Assembly (NCBI GenBank): GCA_038087875.1
Contig: CM075989.1
Coordinates: forward strand, 15,440,001 to 15,500,000
Direction: 5' to 3'
Source: Malacoraja senta
Lineage: Eukaryota
DNA length: 60,000 nucleotides
This document shows positions 24,049 through 36,200 of the stretch, in pieces (the first letter of the stretch is position 1; the number at the start of each line of letters is the position of its first letter). The notes beneath the pieces were generated by a model. That model was given only the letters and a program-made list of their open reading frames with translations. It did not search any database and had not been told where the DNA came from. A program made the translations under genes and the position numbers.

Positions 24049-25779
24049 AACACCTTAAAATAGTTGCATTTAGCATTTCAGTGGATGAAATGTCGGGATA
24101 TTAAAGTTGCTGGGTAAACTTAACCGATAAAGAGTCGGAGCTAGAAACGGAGGGAATTAATGTGCATGGGAACTGTTATTTTTTAAATGTTCATGATAGT
24201 TTGTTTTTATTTATATTACTTTGCCTTTTAGTGTGAAAGAATTCCCCACGAACAGCTATGGGGCTATGGCTTCTTTCAACAGATGAGGGGCGGAGCGGGT
24301 GGCTTGTTAACCCTGTCTTGCCGCTGGAACCGCGTGCTTTGTGTCCAAGGTTCCCAGCGGCGGTGACCTGGGGATGCGGCGCTGGCGTCTGAGAGCTCGG
24401 AGCTGCAGCAGCCGCTACTCTGCCTCCACCCCGAACCGATTTTGTGGGATGAAAGAACAGGGGATCTTGGGAAAGGCTGGATGGTGCCCGAACTTCCGTT
24501 TTTTTTGTTTGCCAGCAGGATTTCAATACAAATTTAGTGTATCTGAACCCAGTTGAGAGCAACGCGCAAAGACCAATGTAATCCTCTTCAGTGGGTCAAC
24601 TAAATGGTGCGGGTTCGACAAATGTCACATGTTGCTTTCTGTGTTAGATTTGATGGCCCTCCATAAATCTTTCTAACTTCAGTTCGATTGATCGCCTCCC
24701 CTTCCGCTACCTTTCAATCGCGTGGGGATTGCCGAGTCCAGCGGCGAACAAACAGACAATTAAAAAGAAACTGTAGAAGCAAACGATTAAAACTGAGCAT
24801 AAAACCGCGAAAATCATGATTGAACGCAGGTTTGTGTCAAGAAAACTGGCGCCAGTTTTTTCTTTTGGGTTTATATTCATTTAATCTCTTTTCCAGTATT
24901 TGTGTGATTATTGTTAGGCCAAATCAGATTTAGATATCCCACATTCTTAATTACAATTACATTCATATCGCCATAATGTTTGAATGTCCCATTCAATTGA
25001 AAGTAAGATGTGTTGCGGCTGACACAAGAGACTGCAGATGCTGGAATCTTGAGTGAAAAGCATACTGTTGGATATCTTGTTGAGTTCGAACATATGTAAA
25101 TGACAAAAATAAACATTAATTCCAACTAAGTATGAATAATTCAACGCGTTATTTATTGTTAATATGATAAAGCGATTTCCATTCTAACGGCATTAATTAA
25201 TTCCAAAGATTGTTTCGTTTGTCCAGATATAGCTTTGATCTTCCAATGTCTATGACAATGAAATAGTTTCACACAAGCCACGATTCCAGACAATGCACAA
25301 TTAAAATTATTCCAAGTTTAAAAACTGTGTAGCCTATCTTTATCAACATGAACAGTTGCATGGTTTAAGTAACATTATTACCACGGCCATCTATTTGTTG
25401 ATATGGTTCTGTTCTCTTCCACTGATGCCAGTTATTTCGAAGCCATATATATTCAGTAAACATTGCCTCCAGGATGAATATATGTGTGTGTGTGTATATA
25501 TATTGGCCTCCGTACTACAGGAAGATAACATCTGACTGGCCATGCGTGTAATTCGACCCCATCAACTAATCTGCCGTCAATCAAATACAGGGGAAAACAT
25601 ACCGCTGCCTACCGCGCAAACAAAGGATCCTTCGCACTCATTAGCATTCTTTTTTTTTTGTAATCTCAACATCCACCAAGATGCAAGTGCAAGCATTAGA
25701 TTGCACACTGCATATTCAGTCTCCTGCAGCGAAGGGCTTCCAAGGCAGGCAAGGAAGGTACACGATTCCTCTTTGCTTT

Positions 25780-26390
25780 GCACAAGCAGCAGCTCGGAGG
25801 GATACAGCGTCTTCACACGGCGTGGTGACGCGGCTCAGCCCTCTGACTCCCCCCCCCCCCCCCAAAAAAAAAAAAGTCCGCTTGAAGGATCGGCGGCTGC
25901 GGAGGGCGAGGGCTGAGGGGGCGTCACGCGCCCACTCCCTCCCGCCCAAAGATACCCGCCCGCCCAGCCCAGCCCAGCCCTGCTAGTGGAGGCCGGCACG
26001 GTGGCCGATCGTGGGGTGGGGGAGTCGAAGCCCTCACCCGAGAGCGGTGCCGCTGGAGGTTGGATGTTTGACGGAGTGGGGAGGAGAGGAGAGGAGAGGA
26101 GAGGGGAGGAGGGGGACGGATAAAGTTGAGGCGGCAGGGAGGCGAGTTTTTGTTGTTCGAAGGCAGGGGCAGCCTGGGCCTCGGGAGGGCAAGAGTGGGG
26201 TAACTGGGAGGCCGGGCCGGGCCGGGGCCGGGAGGAGGAGAGGCACCGTCGGCTGGAAACGTCGCCCGGTGCCCGGTGCCCTCTCCGGAGAGCGGGACGG
26301 CCGCTTAAACCCTCAGAAAGAGGGAGAGCATCTGTGAAGGAGTTGGTCCCCTTTACCCCCGCCGAGCAAACACTGCTGGAGGCTGCTCTA
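25780..26390 (+). promoter_or_regulatory. TCF12: CpG island: probable TCF12 promoter and non-coding exon 1
   Basis: Strongly GC- and CpG-rich block 0.4-1 kb upstream of the first coding exon. Contains CCCGCC boxes, a CGTCA half-site near 25923, and (GGAGA)n and (GGCCG)n runs. Candidate donors are GTAACT at 26200 and GTAAAG at 26506; the TSS cannot be fixed. Confidence 0.75.
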
Positions 26391-26777
26391 CACAAAACTT
26401 AATACTGGTGATTTACCCTCTTAAAAACACTTACATGGGGTTTGCCAGTCGAGGTTAACTAGTCTTTGTCATGTGGAATGTTAGCAGATTGCCCTGTCAT
26501 TTCTGGTAAAGTAACTTATACTTTTGTGGTTGAGAAGGGACGCACTTTATGCGGTAGGAGTCTGATGCAGACTTTTACTTGTACAGGAAGTTCCCTCGAG
26601 TCTTATTTGTTAGAGAGTTGGAATCGTGGATTTAAAATCTTTCTTCATTCTTCTGCTCCTCGCCTCCCTGCAAACTTTTAGAGCATTTGTTGGCTTAAAA
26701 AAAAAAATACAACTGAATGCATTGTTTTTAAGTAATGTGGGGTTCCTGTGTTTTGTTCATAGGTTTAGTGAGAATAA

Positions 26778-26978
<201 letters not shown>

Positions 26979-27396
26979 TAGACTTCAAGTCCAGTAGTTT
27001 TGCAGGGATACGTTTAATTTTTGGGTTAGCACTGAATTATTTTAGAATGTTTTCTCCTTGCCTAAAGTTGTGTGTCGATGCTTTGACTAGCTCCAGCTTT
27101 CACCTGATCAGTATTGTTAGATTGGTGGAAATGGCAAATACATTTTTATTTAAATCGCCCAGTACTATGTTTTTATTCGAAGTCGCTCATCAGTTTTGCA
27201 ATTTCTGGTCCTGATGATCTGTAAAGGCAATCCTTGCAATATATTGTAATTGGTATTAATTTAAAAAAATGTAATTACATCACAGTCCTTGTTTCAATCG
27301 CAAATGCAGATTTTGTGTATTGCATTATCTTTTTAAATGGGTTTAGATGTATTAAACCATAAGAGTAAACATATTAATCTCAATGTCTTTTTTTAG

Positions 27397-27469
27397 ATGT
27401 TTTCTCCTCCTGTTAATAGTGGAAAAAATGGACCAACTACACTTGCAAGCAGTCAGTTTGGTGGCTCGG
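27397..27469 (+). CDS. TCF12: TCF12 coding exon 2 (73 nt)
   Basis: Acceptor tctttttttttAG and donor Ggtaaga at 27470. Translates to MFSPPVNSGKNGPTTLASSQFGGS plus 1 nt, in frame with the previous exon. Confidence 0.96.
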
Positions 27470-29044
27470 GTAAGATTTAAATACCGTCTATAATAAGTAT
27501 TTTGAAATGGTTTTATTAAGAGACATCTATTTTTCTAATTGTCATGGATGTATCAGTCTTTGGAGGTTTGTTAGTGCTGACATGTTCTGAATGCTGGTAC
27601 TTTAAATGTCTTTTTTTCCAAGTCTTCATCTTAAGCACAGTGAAGATGAGTGCGGAGATGTTAAGCCTCTTGGGGGTTAATCATAAATCTTTGGAGGTTT
27701 TAAGGATTAGTGCAGAGATAAGTGATATGGTCTGCTATTTAACGGTTTCAGGAAGCATGGATTGAAAATAAAATACTGTTCAGTTTGTGAAATTAAAACT
27801 GAAAAGTTTTTTGAAATGGGTATTACATTTTCATATGTAGGATTAAGCTGAATTTGTTCTGTCAAAAATTGAATTATCCCATATACTAATGGTTATTAAT
27901 TATGTGTACGTTTTGTAATAATGTTTCCTTGGGTAATGTCAGAGAGGCCGGAGAGTAGACTTGTATTTCACAATATAACACTAAAAAAGAATTGCAAATA
28001 GGACCAAAAGCTCTCTATCTATGTTGAGCTTCCCCCCCCCCCCCAGATTTTTGGTTATCTTGTCGTTTTTCACTGAGAGATGTGTGACAAGTTGTCAGAG
28101 GTTTATATGGTCGGGTCAATAAAGATGATGCTTTTAAGCATACTTTTAAGTGTAAAATGGGAAAATGAAACAGTTTTGGATAAGTAATTTTTCTACATGG
28201 TTTGCTCTCTTTAAATATGTTAAACTATATTTTCGATGGAATATGCATCTTTGTCGGCAGTTTTTTGCTTTTTTGAATGTTCGATAATTTTATTGGTATT
28301 GGAGAATTTTAATTTTTGACTTTGTATATATCTTTTTGTTTCTGACTGCGCATTTTGATTCAAGTTTGAAACGTTATACTGTATTGTCTCATGGCACCAT
28401 TTGGATACTTGCACAACCGTTGATAATCAGTGAAGGGAATTGTTGACTGTAATTTTTATTTGAAGGAAATAATTTGCCCTCTTTTCCATAGATTTGATTA
28501 ATGTTTCTTAAATTTTAAGGAAAAAAAATAAATCTATGGTAATATTCCATTTATTTAATTGAATTAAATATTGAGTATCAAGGAGAAAATAGTGATTTTC
28601 AATAAACTAGTTACATATGTGAATGTAAAACAGCAATTTAATTAGTCATTTAAATGTATGGATTTTTGCTTTATTCACATGTCATCTAAATGTAATCATA
28701 CATTTCTGTTCTGGGGCTGCTGGTTTAAAGTTAATGAATTTTTGGTTGATTTTACAAAATTGTCTTATAAATGATGATTTTACAAAGTTTCTTGAGTCTT
28801 GTGCAGGTTATTAATCTTTCATATATTGTTCTTAATAATCAGGGCACGTAGAAAACCAGGGCATGTTGACATGTCTCACTGAATGAAGATTAAGAGTAAA
28901 AAGATGTTTATTTGTAAACATTTGAAATGCACAGTCTCACTTGCACACCTTGACGTCGTTTTCTTTGACCAGTTATTGCTCAACAAACTTGGATGCCATT
29001 TATTTGCTTCAATATTCTGTTTTTAAGTCCTCATGCCAATATCA

Positions 29045-29350
29045 TTGTTGGCTGTGTATCATTGGTAAATTCTTGTGAGGCAGCAGGTTGTGGGTTCGGG
29101 ACTTATTTTGGAGACTGGCAAACAAATCCAAATTGACAGAATAGAATGCTGGAAACAAATAGCAGTCAGGCGACATTTGAAATGTTAACTGTTTCTATTT
29201 CCTCAGATGTGCTAAGATCTGCTGAATCTTTGTAGCGTTTTCTATTTATTTCAAATTTTCAGCATGTACAATTTTTAGAGGGACACATTGGTGTAGTACC
29301 ATCAGAGTGCTGCACTGTTGGAGTTGATCTCTTTTGGATGAGATTTAAGT
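29045..29350 (+). mobile_element. DeuSINE-like remnant interrupted by a decayed Penelope repeat
   Basis: ggttgtgggttc...ggagact head and gtgctgcactgttggag...ggatgagat core; middle part resembles the Penelope repeat. Confidence 0.5.
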
Positions 29351-29661
29351 TCTCCAACTATACAATTATACATTGCTCAGATTATATAAATATTTTCCAT
29401 GGATTCCATCTCATTGGTATAGTTGTGACTTGTAAAAAAACAACCGAGAAATGGTATGTTTTGTGTATTGGTGTTGGAGAAAGGGTGTCTCCGTACTTCA
29501 CATCAAGTGTATTAGGCATTTGAGTCAATCCCCCCCCCCCCCCCAATTTTTTATTCCCTCCAATTCCCTCTCAATTTAGTGATGGCTACAAGAATGTAAA
29601 ACATTGATGCCTGTAAATTGTTGAGCTTTCTGTCATGGAATTGGATTTTTTGTAAATGTAA

Positions 29662-29991
29662 TGGGCCTGTCCCACTTGGCGATTAAAAAACATTTTTTTT
29701 AGGCAAATGCTGGAGATCGTCATTGTCGTAGCAGGTCGCTGAAAAACCGGCGCCAACCTACGTCATCCTGGCGACAACCTACGACAGCACTTACGTCAAG
29801 CTACGCTCATTGGCATCAAACTCACTGTCGGCGAACATTTTTCAACTTGTGGAAAATTTTGCGGCGACCAAAAAGACGTTATGACTTTTTGCGCGACTGA
29901 GGAGACTACTCCCGGTGACCACCGGCGAACATGCGCCGACAAGCTAGTCGCCTGTAGTGGCCTAAAAAATCGCCTAAGTGGGACAGGCTTA
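29662..29991. mobile_element. PIF/Harbinger-type MITE
   Basis: TIR gggcctgtcccacttggcgatt / aatcgcctaagtgggacaggct; TAA TSD at 29659-61 and 29992-94. Confidence 0.88.
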
Positions 29992-30722
29992 TAACAGTTT
30001 TCAATTGTACACAAATCAGGAGGTTTGAAAGTGTGAATAACGGAATCGAAAAGGTTTGAGGGCAGGTTCTCAGTCACAGCCTTTTATTGGCTGATATATT
30101 TGCATTTTGCGTATTTACTGGTGCACGGTTGCGTCTAATTCCATAAGTATTTAACAACATTTGTGAGTAAAATAGTTTATTAAAAATCTTAACAAGATTA
30201 AATTTAGTGCATATGGTAGCAAAAGATTGCATGATCATTGTTCACAGTTTGCAATTTAAGAGTGAAAGATATTTTGTCGATTCATTGTAAAATAAAATTA
30301 GTTACTTTTGATGACTGCAGTTAACAGTATACCTTGCTAAGCATCTTTAGCTTTGAACTTTGAAGTTTTTTGTATAACATTTTAATTAATTTTTTTTTAA
30401 TCGTTTGCGGTGATGGGAAGCTTGGGTGTTTTTTGGGTGAGAAAGCTGAGGGTAGATCGCTGAAGATGCTTTCAAATTATAGTGCACCAAATCAAAACAT
30501 ACTATTTCTTATGGTACGAGTAAGTGGATGTCCAGATTGCATAGTTTGGAATTGACTGGCAAAATAATCCAGTGATAACAAGAACATCCTCATCAGACAC
30601 CCTATTTATTGATTATAGCTCTGCCTTCAGCAAAATTTGAACTAAATTCCTGGACTTAGGCCTCAGCATCTGCTTCTGTAACTGAATCCTTGACTTTCTC
30701 ACCTGTAGGCCGCAATCAGTAA

Positions 30723-30959
30723 AGGGCCTGTCCCACTTTCACGACCTAATTCACGACCTCTGCCGAGTTTGCCCTTGACTCATACTCGCAGCATGGTCGT
30801 CACGAGGTCATAGGAGGTCATAGGTAGGTCGTAGCAAGTCGTGATGCTAGTCGTAGGTACTTGTGGCATCAAGTAGGTCGGGGCGTTTTTCTAGCCTGAT
30901 GAAAAATCTCCACGAGTAAAAAAGGTTGTGAATTAGGTCGTGAACGTGGGACAGGCCCT
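30723..30959. mobile_element. PIF/Harbinger-type MITE
   Basis: About 36-bp TIR agggcctgtcccactttcacgacctaattcac; TAA TSD at 30720-22 and 30960-62. Confidence 0.92.
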
Positions 30960-31109
30960 TAAGGTTGTGCTGCAAAGCATCCTCTACGATAATTCTCAAC
31001 ACCTGTGCCCCGCAAGCTAGGTCCTCAGCCCTTTACTGTATTCCATGTGCATTCACAAATGTGTGGCCAAATTCTGCTTCAAATAGCCCTTTCCCCTTCC
31101 CCAGTGACT

Positions 31110-31497
31110 CCATCTACACATCAAGTTGCCTATGGAAAGCAACCAGCGTAATCAAGGACCACTTACACCCTTGTCACTCCTCCCTCCCCCTTATGTTAGG
31201 CAGGCGATGCAAAAGACTGAAAGCAACGTACCAGATCCAAGAACAGCTTCTGCTCCTGCTATTGTCAGAATTTTGAACAGACCGCTCATGCTAAGGATGA
31301 ATTCCTAATCAACCTCGTTGTGGCCCTTGCATTTATATTATCTGTACTTTCTTTGTGGCTTTAACATTATATTTATCTTTTAGTATTATCTGTTGTACTG
31401 TGTATGGTATGATCACACTTGTGTTTGATCCGCCTGGATAGCACATACAATGCAAAACTTTGTTTTATCTCGGTATGTGTGACAATAATAAACCAAT
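31110..31497 (+). mobile_element. Rex/Babar-like LINE 3' fragment
   Basis: CLWKATSVIKDHLHPCHS...LGRRCKRL; 3' end tatgtgtgacaataataaacc. Confidence 0.7.
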
Positions 31498-32967
31498 AAG
31501 GATTCTAGATATTTGTGGTACCATAAATCTTGAGGTGCCATTAATTATCTTAAAGTTGGGAAAGAGCATGATGCATAAATGCTCACAGGAATGCATTTTA
31601 TATGGTGTTTAGTTTTAAACTAGGTTGTGCAACATATTTTTGCAAATACGGTTTTGTTCCCTAAAGCCAGAAAATGTATTTCCAGTCATTGCTTGCAAAG
31701 GGAACTGAAGACTATGGAGCATTCCGAATTTAGTATTTGGTGCATTTTAGATGTTTACGGATCTGCAATGGCATTCCTCATAGCAGTTTAGGTCAGAATT
31801 TCAATCATAGCCATTGACCAGAATGTTGTTTATTTTGGCAATGGGTTACAGGATTCTGGATTAGGTCGCTTAATATTTTCAGTAGGAAGACATACTTAAC
31901 GGCATTGTAGATTTTGACAATGTTGTTGTCAATGATAACAGACTTGAACAGTTAATATTTACCCTTGAAGACTTGTTACTTTTGATAGATTTGATGTAGT
32001 TGAAGCAATAGAGGTAGTTAATGGTAAAATGAATAGTGGCATTCTTTCACGCAATGTGGTTTTTATTTACTCCTCTGTAAGCTTAAAATTCCAATATTGA
32101 GGTACATAAAGCACATTTAGTTGAGAGAAAGGGTGAAAGAGTTTTTCTTTGCTGGATATATTATTTTCCAATATTGTCCATTGATTTTAACAGTTAACTG
32201 GCACCTATAGAATGATACTTTATGCTTTATTGTCATATTATACTATAGGCGCTTTGTATCCCTATTTATCATTTCTGTGTGCCTGATGTTTGTACACCAC
32301 GGAGTGACTGCAGCCTTGTTGCTTCCAATGAAAGTACTAAGATTGTAACAAAGGAAACCTCGGAATGATTTTTAAATTCCTACTTCCTCATCTCCACACC
32401 AATTGTAATCTGTATGGTTTGATGCCTGAACAAATCTTTCATTGGGAATGGAGTGGAAGGAAATCCTGGTAGTTACATATTCTTGGCATGTTTTAAATTT
32501 GATAGAGTGGAGTTGGTTTATGGTAATATACTTTATTCTCTATCGATCAGAAGAAAGATGTTTAATACAAATCCAAGAAGAATTCCATTAGTTCTGAACT
32601 TTATCTTCAGTTCATTTTGATACTGAGTTGCATGATTTCATAAAGTGAATGGAACAGTTTGCATCTGTAATTTTCACCTTCATTTTCACATTTTCATTTG
32701 TTCAGGACATCCTTTTCTTCAGAGATGCTGTCTGACCTGCTGAGTTACCCTAGCTTTTTGTGCCTTTGTCATTTTCAGAAATTGGTAATTGGGCAAACCA
32801 AGTTCAAGAGAGGGAGAACTGTTTTCTTTATACTAGGATTGGTAAGCAGTACACCACCATTGCCTTTTCCTGACTGTGGAAAGGAGTAATTTGAACATCA
32901 ACCTAACACAAAACGATGGTTTACTGGGCAGCTCTGCTTCCTAGTCGTGGACTACTTATTGTAGGTA

Positions 32968-33279
32968 CAGGTCCACCACCGATTTTCCCAGCAAACTTGG
33001 TTCCAGAGCCTTTCTGGATTATCCATTTTATCGTACCATCAGAGATCATGGCCTTTGGGAGGGGTCCAACAGTCCCGGAATGGTCCTGCAAGGGGCCATG
33101 ATACCGGCCTGCAAAGTTGGCCTCTGAAGTTGGCGATGGGAATAGATCTGCTGGCTCCGACCGAGCCAGGCACTGCTTTTTTTTGGGGGGGGTGACAAAG
33201 TATGTTCTTGTAATTTTGTTCGGATTAAAGGAGGTGCCGGACCACCAGTTGCCAGAAAATTGTAAGTGGGCAAAACCTG
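32968..33279. mobile_element. Possible decayed Tc1/mariner (Tigger-like) MITE
   Basis: Begins TA|caggtccaccaccgattttcc; the right end carries a degenerate inverted copy, but no right TA is retained. Confidence 0.4.
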
Positions 33280-36200
33280 GAAACACTGGGGTGATTTTCC
33301 CCTATGTTACATCTGCAAAAGCCTTTAAATCCACTGTAGAATAAGCAGTCTAATGTCAATAGTCTTCTCCCATGCCAGTGTTCATAGCATTTAAGCTTGA
33401 ATTGCATTAACTTGGTTTCAATGGGTAGGTATTTATTTAGTGCAAGACTACTGAAAGCCACCTCCCCTTTTGAGCTTATCATGGCAAGCAGTTATCAAGT
33501 TGATAGAATACATTATTCAGGGTTGCTCTTGGTTACAGGTAATGTCCCTTATTGACTCCTGCCAAGCACTGGAAATCGAGAAATATTATTGTTCTGTAAC
33601 CATGCTTTGTAAAAGTGCCATGAATTGGGCAATTGCAAATGGAGAAAGAACAGAATTGAACAAATGCAGGGATCTGTGCCTTGGTTCAAAGTGGGTTCAA
33701 TATTCTTAAATTTGCTATTTTGTAAGTTGCTTTTAGTAGAACTTTCCATTTAAATGCTTTTTTTTGTTTAGTAACCTCATGGAGTTGCCTATTGGGCTTT
33801 TGCATCACCTTTAAGATGTCCAATGCGTGTTATTTAATTAGAAGTTGTTTATTTTTGGGTGACCAGCTGACCTTTTTAACAAGTGTCCTTAATTCTTTGG
33901 AAGATATAATTGAAAATTGCTGTCTCTTTGAATGACTGGCTGGTTTTGAAATGTTTGAGTTTGGGCATCATTCGTGTGTCATAGATCATTTCAATCATTC
34001 TCACTGAGGAGCATGTTTCCATAGCAATTGTGATCTATTGAAAGGAAGTGATGCCTTGGGAAGCTGCAGAATCGTTTACGTTACTCTATGTGGAAAGATT
34101 TGTCTGATTGCATATAAAAGATTAATTTAATGTTGGAAATAGGCATTCAACTTTAAATATGGTTTAATGTCTGCCTTAAATGGTGTGTCTGTTCCTTCTT
34201 GCAAATGTTTCCCCATATTTAAAAAAAATATTACTTGCAGATTAGTTTATAATGAGTGGAAAGGTTGTTGATTAACGACAGCTATAGCAAATTTATACAA
34301 CTCTCAATACTACTTGGTAGTGCAAACTCGATCACCTTTAAGGGAAGGGGCACAAATATACATTGAGCAGAACTCTCAGTAGCTAAAGTGAGTTTTTAAT
34401 ATGATCATGGTTGACCTGATCATAACATAATTTTTGTCTAGTCATGGTAATCTTACACACCCTTGTTTGCAAGTATCTCCGCTTTAACAATATTCAAAGA
34501 CTAGCCCCTGCAATTTGCTCAACTCTTATGAAGAAATGTAATCTCTTTTAAATGGAAGTCCTCATTTTTAAACCAATCCCCTGGTTTTAGATTCTCCCGA
34601 GAAGGAAATGTCCTCCCCACATGTACATGACCTTCTTGTTTTGGTCATTCGCTGTTGCTCTTCAAAACTAGCAGAAACAAAACTTAGCCTATCCAAGCTT
34701 TACTCATTAGACAACTCGCCCACTCCAGGTACTAGTATGGTAAGCTTTCTCTGAAGTCCTTCCAGCTCATTATGTTTTTCCCTCAATGAGACCAATGATG
34801 TACACAGTACTCCAGACGTAGTTTCCAAGATGTAAGGCAAGCCCTCTTACTTATTTATTGCACATGGAATTGAATACATGAGAACATTGTGGCTTTTCTA
34901 ATTACTTGCTGGGCCTTCATATTGACACTTTTCAATTTGTTGACTTAAAAAAAGATCTTCTGCAATCTCTTGCCATTGAGATAATACTGCTGCTTTTCTT
35001 GTCGAGGCGGACAGTTTCATATTTTCCCACGTTATACCCGATTTACCTGATCTTTGCTCCTCACTTGATTTGTGAGCACAGGGATAAGTGTCCCCTGCAG
35101 CAGTATAAGATTTACTTGGTTCTAAATTTGGCTTTGCTAATGCATTTGCACTTTGTACTAAGGAAAGATGCTACTTTAGTGGTTTTATTACATGAAAAAA
35201 GAAGCTGAGTCTACAGCATAAGGAAAATTGCCAGTTGACATTTTGGGTCTGAAAGGCAAGTTTGGTAAATTCATGCTGTTTTCAAGTCAGCTTTATGAAT
35301 TCTAAGTTTTGAGTAAATAATATGCCAATATTTGTGCAAGAGGCAGCTAAATCAGTGTTCTTGGAGAACACAATTTTAGCAAAATTAATTTGACATTTTT
35401 AATAGTTATTCTGATTAATTTTCTATTTTAAATTTTAATGTTTTGGCACTAACATAAATGGAATTTATTGATTCTCTAGCTGCACCACTAAATATTAGTG
35501 GCTTACAATCATAAATATGCAATATTTCTGCAATGAAGCATTATTTTCGACTATTGGGTAAAATTATAAATGTCAACTGGCTTTTAAAAGTTCATTCAGA
35601 TATTCATTCAGAAATAGACTCTCTCGAAATTCTTCTTAAGATCCTCCCACCATGATTACTATGATGGATCCTTTCCTCCCCCACCCCAAATAGCAAGAAG
35701 CAGAAGATACATTTATCCTTAAGGCAATGGTAAGTCGATCCCATAAATCTTTCAATAGCTTTGAAACTCGGACAAAATGCAAGGAAATGGCTTTAAAAAA
35801 AAAAGACCAGCTGTGCAATTCAAGTTTGCTATAACTTCTGTATTTCACTTCTTTTACCCGCCCCATCACCCCCCCCCCCCTCCCCCCGGGGTGAAATGTT
35901 TGGGCCAATTTTTCAATGTTATGGAGTTTTCTCCACAATCATAATTTTTGGTAATTCAGGTTTGAAGGCCATTGGTATTCTGATCCGTTTGCAGTTAATG
36001 TAATTGTTATTTTGATGGAATAGATATCTGCACATCAGATTTATTTTATTTTACCACCTTTTTTGTCTATTATCCCTGTTTATATCTCATAGCTCGTGTG
36101 AACTTGCTGATTAGTTCCTTTGTTAATTGTTGATTTGGTACAACAGCCTCATCACCAATTACTACAATTTATACATCTGTGATTGAATCTTAAACATTAA

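Noticed and set aside
25542..26395. Several 70-190 aa ORFs on both strands
   Set aside because: Low-complexity Pro/Gly/Arg products expected from a stop-poor CpG island; no recognisable domain.
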